Source: Chthoniobacterales bacterium (GTDB taxonomy: Bacteria; Verrucomicrobiota; Verrucomicrobiia; Chthoniobacterales; UBA10450). From it: a DNA stretch of 26,154 bases. How positions within the stretch are numbered: the first letter of the stretch is position 1; every line of letters begins with the position of its first letter. A program made the position numbers and the translations under genes. Below are positions 18,517 through 26,154 of this stretch, in pieces. The notes beneath the pieces were generated by a model. The model searched no databases, was not told the DNA's origin, and saw only the letters and a program-made list of their open reading frames with translations. The DNA lies in the NCBI GenBank assembly GCA_013694945.1, contig JACDBM010000054.1, positions 1 to 26,154 on the forward strand, written 5' to 3'.

Positions 18517-18537
18517 CTGACAACACGTTCTTGTCAG
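18517..18537. promoter_or_regulatory. 7-7-7 inverted repeat in a divergent promoter region
   Basis: CTGACAA-cacgttc-TTGTCAG, followed directly by TTGACT (18538-18543). Confidence 0.3.
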
Positions 18538-18640
18538 TTGACTTACGGAGGGGCACACGCTGAGATCGAATGAAGTCCTTAAAACTGATGCACATGCTTG
18601 GGGGTTTCCCCGCGGTTCGCGGACCGGGTTATCAATCCTG

Positions 18641-21600
18641 ATGAATAAGAGCGCCCGCATGATCGGAGAGCGAAGCGATCTCTCGGGTCCAAAGGCTAAA
18701 ACCGGTCCTGTCTACAACGGTCACCTTGACTGCATCAGAGGGAATTCGCTGAAAGGTTGGATTTGGCGCGTCGGCGACTTATCCCCTGTGACCGTGGACG
18801 TCCTTGTGGACGGAGTGATCGCCGGCCGGATTGTCGCGTCGGAGTACCGCGGCGATCTTCGTCGCGCTGGCATCGGAGGAGGGGCGCACGCTTTCCGGTG
18901 GCAGGTACCAGAACGTTATCACGATAACCTCACCCACACGTTCGAGTTGGAAACCGCGGAGGACCATTGGCGGCTTCCGCAAGTGCTTAGCGAACGCCTC
19001 GTCTTCGGCGAACTGAGCTTACAAGGCTCGCACGGGGTCACAGGCTGGTTTAGAGAGAGCGAGGAGATTGCCATTGAGGTTCGACTCTTTATCGACGGGG
19101 TCCTCTCCGGGAAATCTTCGCTGACGGATAGGGGCGCGCTCGGCTCCGGCATGAATGGGAACACTTTTGAATTTCCTTTCTCACACCGCTGGCGCGACAA
19201 CAAGGAGCACGAGATTTGGGCAAACGTAGTGACTAGTTTGCAGTCCCGCACCTTAGGACCGATCCGAGCCAAGCTCCACCGCGACGACGACTTCGCGATG
19301 AGCGGTCAGGTGAGTGGCCTGAAGCGCAATGTCATCGAAGGGCAAGTGTTTGGAACCGGTCCGCCCGATGGCGTGCGAGAAATTGTACTACTGGTCGACG
19401 GCGTAGAGGAGGCGCGAACAAGGACGGACGTAGACGGCAGATTTTTCCTCCCTGTGGTTACTCTTTCGGTGCTGGAGTGGATCCATTCGAGAGTGGAAGT
19501 GGTCTGTTTGCCCGAGCACGCGCCGTTGCGGTTCGACGGGCGGCACATCGTTGCCGACACCATCGGAATTGAGATCAGAAAACTGGCCGACGACGAGTAC
19601 GTCGAGGGAACGCTGCACTCGGAGTTCACGCTTGCAGATGATATCGAGATCGCAGCGTACGCGGGAGCGGAACAGATCGGTGCACTTCGACTGTCGGAGC
19701 CCGCCGCCGCCGTTAGTGCGGAATTTCGGTTGCCTCTGACCGGCGCGCATGGCAACACCAGTGATCTCTCTTTCGCCGTCAATGGCGTTCCTGTAAAAAA
19801 GCTGGCGTCGGCGCCTGCTGAGGTGGAACCCACGGCGGAGCCGTCCTGGCGTCCTCGCACGCCTTCATCGTTCGTGCCAATCGATGATCCTGCCGTCCAG
19901 CTCCGGCTGCAGGAGCTGGCGCTTGGGAATCCGGAAAAGCGAGGCGATTTGAGCGCGCCTCCCATATCAGGGGCTTGGCGTTTTGTGCCCCCAGACCGGG
20001 TCGAGGGCTGGGCGATGGATATGGCTTCGCCAAATGAGCCGCTGTCCGTCACACTTTACGTGGACGGTCTGGCAGTCGAAAGCCGCGCTGCGCGAGAGTC
20101 GACCCAACCCGCAGAGAGCCAAATCTCGTTCGAGGTTCCCGTCGGATTCACGTTTATTCTTCCGCTCCTCCCGCACTCCCGTTGCGAACTGGAGGTTCGG
20201 CCATGCGGCGGCGGCTCGCTGGCTCCGCACAAACCGCGGGTGATCCGATTTGACGCGCGCGAAAGTGCGAGTGCTCTATCGGCCGAAGTTCTTAATCAGA
20301 CGAGGGAGGCGATAGACCGCTATGTCGAGGCAGGCCGGCTGGTTGAGGGCTATCTCCTAGCGCGCCGGCACGCGCGGGCGGCGTCCATCGATGCTCGGCA
20401 CCTCGTGTTGGATTTTGCGTTGCGGACCGAGTGGCATACTTACAGCGATGTGCTCGCTCTTTGGAATGCGCAGCGGCGCGCCGGCCCGGTTCTCGAGTAC
20501 TTGAGGTCGGAATTCCTTACGCGGAAAGGGTCAGTTCCAAAGCGGGAATGTCAGGCGTTTCCCTTCCGGCGTTTTGGTCTTCCGCCGAGCTATGCGCCAC
20601 TCCTCAAAGGCGAGGAAACAGAGGGCGCAGCCGATGACCTACTCAAAAGCATCGAAAAGAGTCTCGCCTGGCGTGCATTGGCGGCGGTCCTCGATGACAA
20701 ACGGGTCTGGCCGGAGCCGGAACGCGTCGCGATCCTTTACGTCCTCACGGGTGCTGATCCCGGGGCAATGTTTTTTCGTCACCTGATTGAAGCAGCGGCG
20801 CAAGGCATCGCTCTCGCGCTCGTTATCGATAGTGAAGACGGACATGAAAAATCCCTTTCCAGACTGCTCGCTGCCGGCGTGAACGTCAGCGTTCTCGGGA
20901 GTAGAGACATAAAGGCTGCGGTTAGCGATGCTCTCGCCGCACTCGTTGAACGTAAGTTTCTTATCGTTTCGCGCCGGCCGGGAATCTACGGCGCGGGAGC
21001 GCTGCGCCTCTGGCCCAGCGTCCTGGCCCAGCGCCGAGCGTCGCTAACGTTCGCTGAAGTTTCCCATCCGCTGGATCTCGCGCTCGCCGGACGCGCACAC
21101 GATTTCGACAGCACAGTTCTTCGAGAGCCGACGCGGGAGTCTCTTCTGTGTTTCCTCGAAGAGGGCGCGCAGGACTTCGGAGGAGCTCACGATTCTGCCA
21201 GGGTGGAGATAACCGCTTATGTCCCAAAGTCGCGAGTCGCCACAAAAGCGTCGCTGATCGTGCTGCACGATTTCGAGTCGACGCCGCAGCTTCCGGTTCT
21301 GCCCGTCGGAACAATGGCTTTTCGCATCCGTGGGCGGAAGGTGATGATGAGCGAGAGCGAGCTTTCGCTGGCCGATTTTAGAGAAGCTCTAAAGGAGCGG
21401 CACGGTGCAATCGATCAAACACCGGTCGTATTTCTCTCAAGGCACCTTCTCTATCCTCGGGATTACCTCTCGGAATGCCTGCGACTGTCGCGAGTGCATC
21501 GAGGCGAGGTTCGCATTTCGCTTCTTCCGCTCGCTTACGAAGATAGATCACAGGCCTTTTCCGTTGCCAAGAGCCGCACGCCATCCCTTAGCTTTTTCGC

Positions 21601-23683
21601 GTTGCTTCCGGCGTGCTGTCTGTTTTTGCGGGATATACCATCGCTTACGGAGGAACTCGCGGGCACCGACCGTCTGATCCTGAGAAGCGACCAGCCTCTC
21701 CTGAATCTTCCGTTCCTCAGCCGAAATGAAGCGACTCGCCACTCGCTCCAGAGAGTTTTCAATAAATTCGACTTGTCGCCTGCCGCGAGGCAGAAGGGTT
21801 TTGTCGGTGCCGCTCTAGCCGGGCGCGCGAATACAATCTTAACGCTGCCGAACTCGGCGGTGCGTCTCGTGGCGGCGGAGGCCCAAGAGAAGATGGCGAC
21901 GGTGACGAGAGCGATGGCCGCGCTTTCCAATCCAGACGCGAACGAGCTGAGGGTCAAGGAGTTGAAGCGGTTGCTGTCTCTTGGCCAGCGTGATCTGGCG
22001 GAACGGGTGCTCCTCAAGAGCATCGGCACCGCCGAGGCGATCGGTGAGGCAACGCGCGAAAAGATAGAAACTGTCCTGAACGGGGCGAAGCTTTTGGGTC
22101 TCGAAGAGTCTGTCAACGCGCGGCTGCGTCCTTACGCCGAAGCACTCGTAAACCGCCTCCCAGCCTTGGTTACGCCACTGTTCGAATGTCTCGCGGTCAC
22201 ACTCTCGGAGGGCGACTTCACGGCTGCACTATTCTCGTGCGTTCCCGCCTTGGTCACGGGACAGGAGGGAAAGGGGGCCTACCAGTTGGCCGAGCTGTGT
22301 CGAAAGTACTGTTCACCAGGTGCCTTTTTGACATTGCTCTTTTCGATTGACTCCTCGGCCAACAACCGAATTTTGTCGGAGAAACAATTCGCCTCGCTCG
22401 TGGGCGACGCGTTGTCCGCTGGCGAGTGCGTGCCTTTCACCCTGCCGAGTAGCCGATTAGATCAGGAGTTCTTCCTTCAAGCGGCCCCGCTGGAGCGACG
22501 TCTGATGCAGGCAGTGCTCGGAGGCGACCGCGAGAGCTTCACGAAGCTCGCCGATCGCCTGCTATCGCGCGGCTGCGACGGCTTCAACGCGCTGTTACGG
22601 ATCCTGCGTGTGTACAGCTCCGAGCTGTCAGAGTTGGATGTCGCGTTAGCGGAAATTGGACATTCTGTCCTTTTGAGTGCGCGCGAGCAATTGATGCTCG
22701 CGGCGATGTTGGATGACAAGCAACATATCGCCCAGCGGCTCTCGAGGATCCAAGTAAGGGCTGATGATGCCCTGATTGTCGCCGCCACGTGTGTTGATAA
22801 CTACGCTCTTTTGGAGCGAGCCTATGAACGCTGGGGGGATGAGGCGGGTGTGATGCCGATAAGATTCCGCGGGAACTCAATCTCGAGCATGTTCGAAAAC
22901 TTCGCAGCAATGGACAGACCGGACCCTGTCAATCGGCCAACCGATAAGGTGTCGGTCATTATGAGCGTCTGCAATCCTGACTTCGATTTACTCAAGTTGG
23001 CGATAATTTCCGTGCTTCGGCAGACACATTCCAATTTCGAATTGCTGCTGATGGATGATGCTTCGGACCGCGTGGATGTCGGCAGGATCGAGCAGCTCGC
23101 GGCCATGGATGAGCGGATTTCGTTCTTTCGCATGCCCCGAAACCAGGGGCCGTATATGTGCCGCAACCGAGCGCTCGAACTCTGCGCGGGAGCCTACATT
23201 ACCATCCAGGATGGCGACGATTACTCCCACCCCGAGCGTTTGGAGCGGCAGGTCGCCGCTTTAAAAGTCAGCCCAATTCTCCAGTATTGCACGGCCGCGC
23301 ACCTCCGCATAGATAAGAACGCTCATCTGCAATTTGAGCACACGCTTAAGGTTCGAGGTGACGGTGTCATGAGTTCAATGTTCCGCCGCTCTCTCATCGA
23401 TCGCCTCGGCCCCTTCGCGGCCGTGAGATCCCGCGGCGACGTCGAGTTCCGGGAGCGCGTCAGGTCCTCGCATGGGTCTCACGCCATTACCCATATCGAG
23501 TGTCCTCTGATTTTTTGCTACGCGACGCCTCAGAGTCTCTCGAACCAAACGGTGCGGAATTCCATCCACTTCCTGTCGCTCTTCCGGCAGAGCTTCGAGG
23601 TCTTGCGACGTGACAGAGTCGTTCCCTGGGAGGAGCGCGCCCAGCCTCGCTCGGTGGCTGTTCCCTGGCCTCTGCGCCCATAG
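18641..23683 (+). CDS. Very large (1680 aa) multidomain protein: repeated N-terminal beta-rich modules, a helical middle and a C-terminal GT2 glycosyltransferase
   Basis: C-terminal GT2 motifs VSVIMSVCN, SVLRQTHSNFELLLMDDAS, NQGPYMCRNRAL, ITIQDGDDYSHPERLERQ and RGDVEF. N-terminal repeats of the G.(L/V)...GW....V.L.VDG type. Confidence 0.85.
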   Translation: MNKSARMIGERSDLSGPKAKTGPVYNGHLDCIRGNSLKGWIWRVGDLSPVTVDVLVDGVIAGRIVASEYRGDLRRAGIGGGAHAFRWQVPERYHDNLTHTFELETAEDHWRLPQVLSERLVFGELSLQGSHGVTGWFRESEEIAIEVRLFIDGVLSGKSSLTDRGALGSGMNGNTFEFPFSHRWRDNKEHEIWANVVTSLQSRTLGPIRAKLHRDDDFAMSGQVSGLKRNVIEGQVFGTGPPDGVREIVLLVDGVEEARTRTDVDGRFFLPVVTLSVLEWIHSRVEVVCLPEHAPLRFDGRHIVADTIGIEIRKLADDEYVEGTLHSEFTLADDIEIAAYAGAEQIGALRLSEPAAAVSAEFRLPLTGAHGNTSDLSFAVNGVPVKKLASAPAEVEPTAEPSWRPRTPSSFVPIDDPAVQLRLQELALGNPEKRGDLSAPPISGAWRFVPPDRVEGWAMDMASPNEPLSVTLYVDGLAVESRAARESTQPAESQISFEVPVGFTFILPLLPHSRCELEVRPCGGGSLAPHKPRVIRFDARESASALSAEVLNQTREAIDRYVEAGRLVEGYLLARRHARAASIDARHLVLDFALRTEWHTYSDVLALWNAQRRAGPVLEYLRSEFLTRKGSVPKRECQAFPFRRFGLPPSYAPLLKGEETEGAADDLLKSIEKSLAWRALAAVLDDKRVWPEPERVAILYVLTGADPGAMFFRHLIEAAAQGIALALVIDSEDGHEKSLSRLLAAGVNVSVLGSRDIKAAVSDALAALVERKFLIVSRRPGIYGAGALRLWPSVLAQRRASLTFAEVSHPLDLALAGRAHDFDSTVLREPTRESLLCFLEEGAQDFGGAHDSARVEITAYVPKSRVATKASLIVLHDFESTPQLPVLPVGTMAFRIRGRKVMMSESELSLADFREALKERHGAIDQTPVVFLSRHLLYPRDYLSECLRLSRVHRGEVRISLLPLAYEDRSQAFSVAKSRTPSLSFFALLPACCLFLRDIPSLTEELAGTDRLILRSDQPLLNLPFLSRNEATRHSLQRVFNKFDLSPAARQKGFVGAALAGRANTILTLPNSAVRLVAAEAQEKMATVTRAMAALSNPDANELRVKELKRLLSLGQRDLAERVLLKSIGTAEAIGEATREKIETVLNGAKLLGLEESVNARLRPYAEALVNRLPALVTPLFECLAVTLSEGDFTAALFSCVPALVTGQEGKGAYQLAELCRKYCSPGAFLTLLFSIDSSANNRILSEKQFASLVGDALSAGECVPFTLPSSRLDQEFFLQAAPLERRLMQAVLGGDRESFTKLADRLLSRGCDGFNALLRILRVYSSELSELDVALAEIGHSVLLSAREQLMLAAMLDDKQHIAQRLSRIQVRADDALIVAATCVDNYALLERAYERWGDEAGVMPIRFRGNSISSMFENFAAMDRPDPVNRPTDKVSVIMSVCNPDFDLLKLAIISVLRQTHSNFELLLMDDASDRVDVGRIEQLAAMDERISFFRMPRNQGPYMCRNRALELCAGAYITIQDGDDYSHPERLERQVAALKVSPILQYCTAAHLRIDKNAHLQFEHTLKVRGDGVMSSMFRRSLIDRLGPFAAVRSRGDVEFRERVRSSHGSHAITHIECPLIFCYATPQSLSNQTVRNSIHFLSLFRQSFEVLRRDRVVPWEERAQPRSVAVPWPLRP

Positions 23684-23710
23684 CGATTGGGACCAGTCGA
23701 ATCCCTGCCG

Positions 23711-24772
23711 ATGAATAAAATCCTGATCAGCTTGACCGTAATCCATACCCGGTTGGCAAAACTGCACCTGACGCTCCATTCGTTGCTCCAGCAGGATTAC
23801 AACAACTTCGAGGTTTGCGTGCACGCCTCGAAGGAACCTTTTTTGCTCGACCAAGGTATCAGCGACGTGCCGAGAGAAGTTCAGCGTCTCATTTCGGACG
23901 ATTCCCGATTGAGTTGGCGATGGGTGCCCAATATCGGGCCCTACCGCAAGCTCTTGCCGGTGTTAAACAAAATGATCGACGAGGACCAGCTGATCGTCAC
24001 GGCGGACGACGACACCATCTATCCTCAAGGCTGGTTGTCCACGCTGGTGCAGTATTACTCGCTTTTTAATTGTGTGATCAGTTTCCGAAGCCACTTCATC
24101 GCCATCAGTGATGGGGGCTTTGCCCCGTATCGAAGCTGGATGACGCACGGCATTGTCGAGAATCCATCCGAGCTCGTGCTGCCGACAGGAAAGGATGGCG
24201 TTCTTTATCACTCCTCCCACTTTGATCGGCGAGTGCTGGACTTTGTTCGCGCACTTGATCTCGCTCCGACCGCCGACGACCTCTGGTTTAAGTGGCACAC
24301 CGCAGTTAATAACGTGCCCGTCTATTGCATTGAGCCGGATTACACCAAGAGCAGTCTGGTGGATACCGGCGAAGGCCCATCCTTGTATCTTAAATTCAAC
24401 GACAAGGGCGCGAATGATCGAACCATCGCCCGCCTGCACAGCTATGCTCAAGCTGAGTGGGGATTTGATCTGGCGAAAGTTTTCACCCGTCGCGTAGCCA
24501 CGTTGAACGGTCTCGCCACCACGAACTCGGCCAATAACGCAAAGCAAGTCCAGCAGACTGCGGAGGAAATAAAACGCACGCGCACTAATCAGCAGAAGAC
24601 GACCGCTGATGCCGCCGATCGCGATGCGAGAATCTCCGCACGTCCACGTCGTTCGACGTGGGGGAGGATCATTCGAGAGATTAACAGGTTTTTCCGGCGC
24701 CTGAAACGGACACCACAGAAAGCCGCGCCTCCTGCTCGTGAATCGAAGTTAAACATCCCAAGTACGCGCTAG
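23711..24772 (+). CDS. GT-A fold glycosyltransferase-like protein with a basic/amphipathic C-terminal tail
   Basis: ISLTVIHTRL, SLLQQ, IGPYRKLLP, IVTADDDTIYP (DxD), GKDGVLY and APTADDLWF. The ORF is open from 23687, just after the stop of the 1680-aa gene. Confidence 0.75.
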   Translation: MNKILISLTVIHTRLAKLHLTLHSLLQQDYNNFEVCVHASKEPFLLDQGISDVPREVQRLISDDSRLSWRWVPNIGPYRKLLPVLNKMIDEDQLIVTADDDTIYPQGWLSTLVQYYSLFNCVISFRSHFIAISDGGFAPYRSWMTHGIVENPSELVLPTGKDGVLYHSSHFDRRVLDFVRALDLAPTADDLWFKWHTAVNNVPVYCIEPDYTKSSLVDTGEGPSLYLKFNDKGANDRTIARLHSYAQAEWGFDLAKVFTRRVATLNGLATTNSANNAKQVQQTAEEIKRTRTNQQKTTADAADRDARISARPRRSTWGRIIREINRFFRRLKRTPQKAAPPARESKLNIPSTR

Positions 24773-25108
24773 CTGTAAGAGCGGCGGTGTTCTTGGGCCG
24801 GGATCCGGCGGTTGGCTTGATAAAGCTCCCGGCCACTACGAATTAGCAAGTGTCTCTGCTGCTTCCGGGTGTAAGCGGGATCTCTGCGCAGCGGCTTCAG
24901 TGATGACGTTCTCGCACTGCCTGGACCTAACGGATTTCTTGTAAATTCGTACAGCGATGGTGAACTCAGCATGAGGGTTCGCCCGCAAGTAAGCTCGGGG
25001 GAAATCCCTTTGCCCCGAATGCTCTCTACATTCCCTACGACAACGGCTGCAGCAAGCCCAAACTGGGCCGTCGTGATTGTGGCTTCATCTGCACGTCCGG
25101 TGCCAAAA

Positions 25109-25740
25109 TCACGTGATGTTCTGCGGGCGTCCATGTCGCGATGCGGGCGCCCAATTGGACGCGCTTGAATCGACCGTCCCAGCATCAGCACCTGTTTCAG
25201 GTGCCCGTCTGTAATCGCCACGGCTGAAATATTTTTCCAGCCAGATGTAGAGACAGATAAATAAATAACGGCTGCCCATTTCTTTGATCTTCAGCTTGGG
25301 CGTGCCGGTGCGGCGGTTGCGCCACGTGATCGGTATTGTCGTCCAGGTGAAGCCGCGCACGATCGCTTTAAGGGGGAGTTCGACGGTGAGGTTGAAGTGC
25401 GGGGCGATGAGGGGCCGGCAACCATCAATCACTTCGCGCCGATAGGCTTTGAAGGCATTGGTGGTGTCGTTCAGCTTCAGGTGGAAAAGCATTTTCAAAA
25501 ACCGATTTGCGATGCGGTTGAGGAAGAGCTTGAACTTCGGATAATCGACTACCCCTCCGCCTTTCATAAAACGGCTGCCAAAAACGCAGTCGTAAACCTT
25601 CGTTGAGCTTATGCCAATAGCGGACGACATCGCGGCAGTCGTCCGACTCGTCCGCCATCATCATGACAACTGCGTCACCACTCATTCGCTCCAAGCCCCA
25701 GCTGATCGCCCGGCCAAAGCCGGAGGGTCCGGCATTCCTC
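25109..25740 (-). pseudogene. 5'-truncated, frameshifted GT2 (DPM1/polyprenol-phosphate glycosyltransferase-like)
   Basis: NAGPSGFGRAI..GL....GDAVVMMMADESDD in one frame continues as YDCVFGSRFMKGG...DTTNAFKAYRR...ELPLKAIVRG in another. There is one extra base in the AAA run at 25594-25596, and no start or N-terminal strand is present. Confidence 0.82.
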
Positions 25741-25966
25741 CGATGATCCAATCGAGACTGCGAATGCATTCAAGATCGCTGGGGCACCGGACGTCACCGT
25801 GCAGTAGTTTTACTCCGCGTGCGCGTAGTGACTCAACGTTCAATTGGCTGCCGGGCCGGCTGAAATTATCCAGCCCGATCAGCTCCAAACCGGGCTTGTT
25901 GTCGATTAATGCGCGCGCGATGCAATTGCCGACGAATCCGCAGCTGCCCGAGATCAGGACCTTCAC
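25741..25966 (-). pseudogene. N-terminal fragment (about 75 codons) of an NAD-dependent epimerase/dehydratase (extended SDR)
   Basis: KVLISGSCGFVG (GxxGxxG), IGLDNFSRPGS and HGDVR...DL..DWII. After this the sequence switches to the GT2 gene. Confidence 0.8.
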
Positions 25967-26079
25967 TGTGCCTTGTGTTTACTGGCCGACTCCGCCACCG
26001 GCAAGTGATGACGTCGTCTGCGCAATAAGATTTTCGCTTCGTCGGCCCCGCCAGACAGCCAGTCGTGACGATTCAGCAA

Positions 26080-26154
26080 TCAACTGCCGGGCTTTATGGC
26101 CGGAACGTCTGCCAGATCCGGCGGAAGCTTGTCCGCCTCGAACGTCTCGACGTT
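26080..26154 (-). CDS. Possible 3' end of an unidentified upstream gene
   Basis: Open frame NVETFEADKLPPDLADVPAIKPGS* running in from the window edge; too short to identify. Confidence 0.3.
   Translation of the reverse strand, partial: NVETFEADKLPPDLADVPAIKPGS

Noticed and set aside
19306-20052. 248-aa and other minus-strand ORFs within the 1680-aa gene (also 21535-22116 and 23963-24547)
   Set aside because: Antisense shadows of supported CDSs with Ser/Ala-rich, non-protein-like composition.
24995-25018. Hairpin TCGGGG...CCCCGA as a terminator
   Set aside because: There is no U-tract on either strand and the loop is long, so it is not supportable as an intrinsic terminator.
24769-25221. 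150-aa minus-strand ORF
   Set aside because: It overlaps the GT2 pseudogene tail in another frame and has no recognisable motifs; probably spurious.
1-26154. CRISPR arrays, rRNA/tRNA, ops/JUMPstart elements, or direct repeats bounding the island
   Set aside because: I saw no regularly spaced repeats, no RNA-gene signatures, no intergenic GGCGGTAG and no matching att-like sequences by eye. A computational scan could still find weak cases.

Overview
The left third (1-8850) is ordinary high-GC bacterial housekeeping DNA. It holds the 3' end of pgeF/yfiH, lpxA, radC, a polyprenyl diphosphate synthase, a lipoate-protein ligase family gene, pyrF, ispE and a three-subunit sdhCAB operon. A Verrucomicrobiota-like origin is my impression only and is unverified. 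From about 9.0 to 24.8 kb lies an accessory surface-glycan island with four glycosyltransferase-type genes, including a 1680-aa multidomain protein and a methyltransferase-GT61 fusion. These surround an oppositely oriented block of four stand-alone SAM methyltransferases and a decayed IS630 fragment. The right end holds a ruined NAD-dependent epimerase/GT2 pair, joined by an apparent deletion and carrying a frameshift. The most interesting candidates are (i) the methyltransferase-rich glycan island, which has coiled-coil/amphipathic 'ruler-like' segments, (ii) a roughly 175-nt structured, 6S-like RNA candidate next to a CRP/Rex-type palindrome at 2872-3076, and (iii) a perfect 20-bp palindrome over the sdhCAB -35 element. 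I saw no tRNA, rRNA or CRISPR array. All family calls come from recognising motifs by eye; no database search was run.
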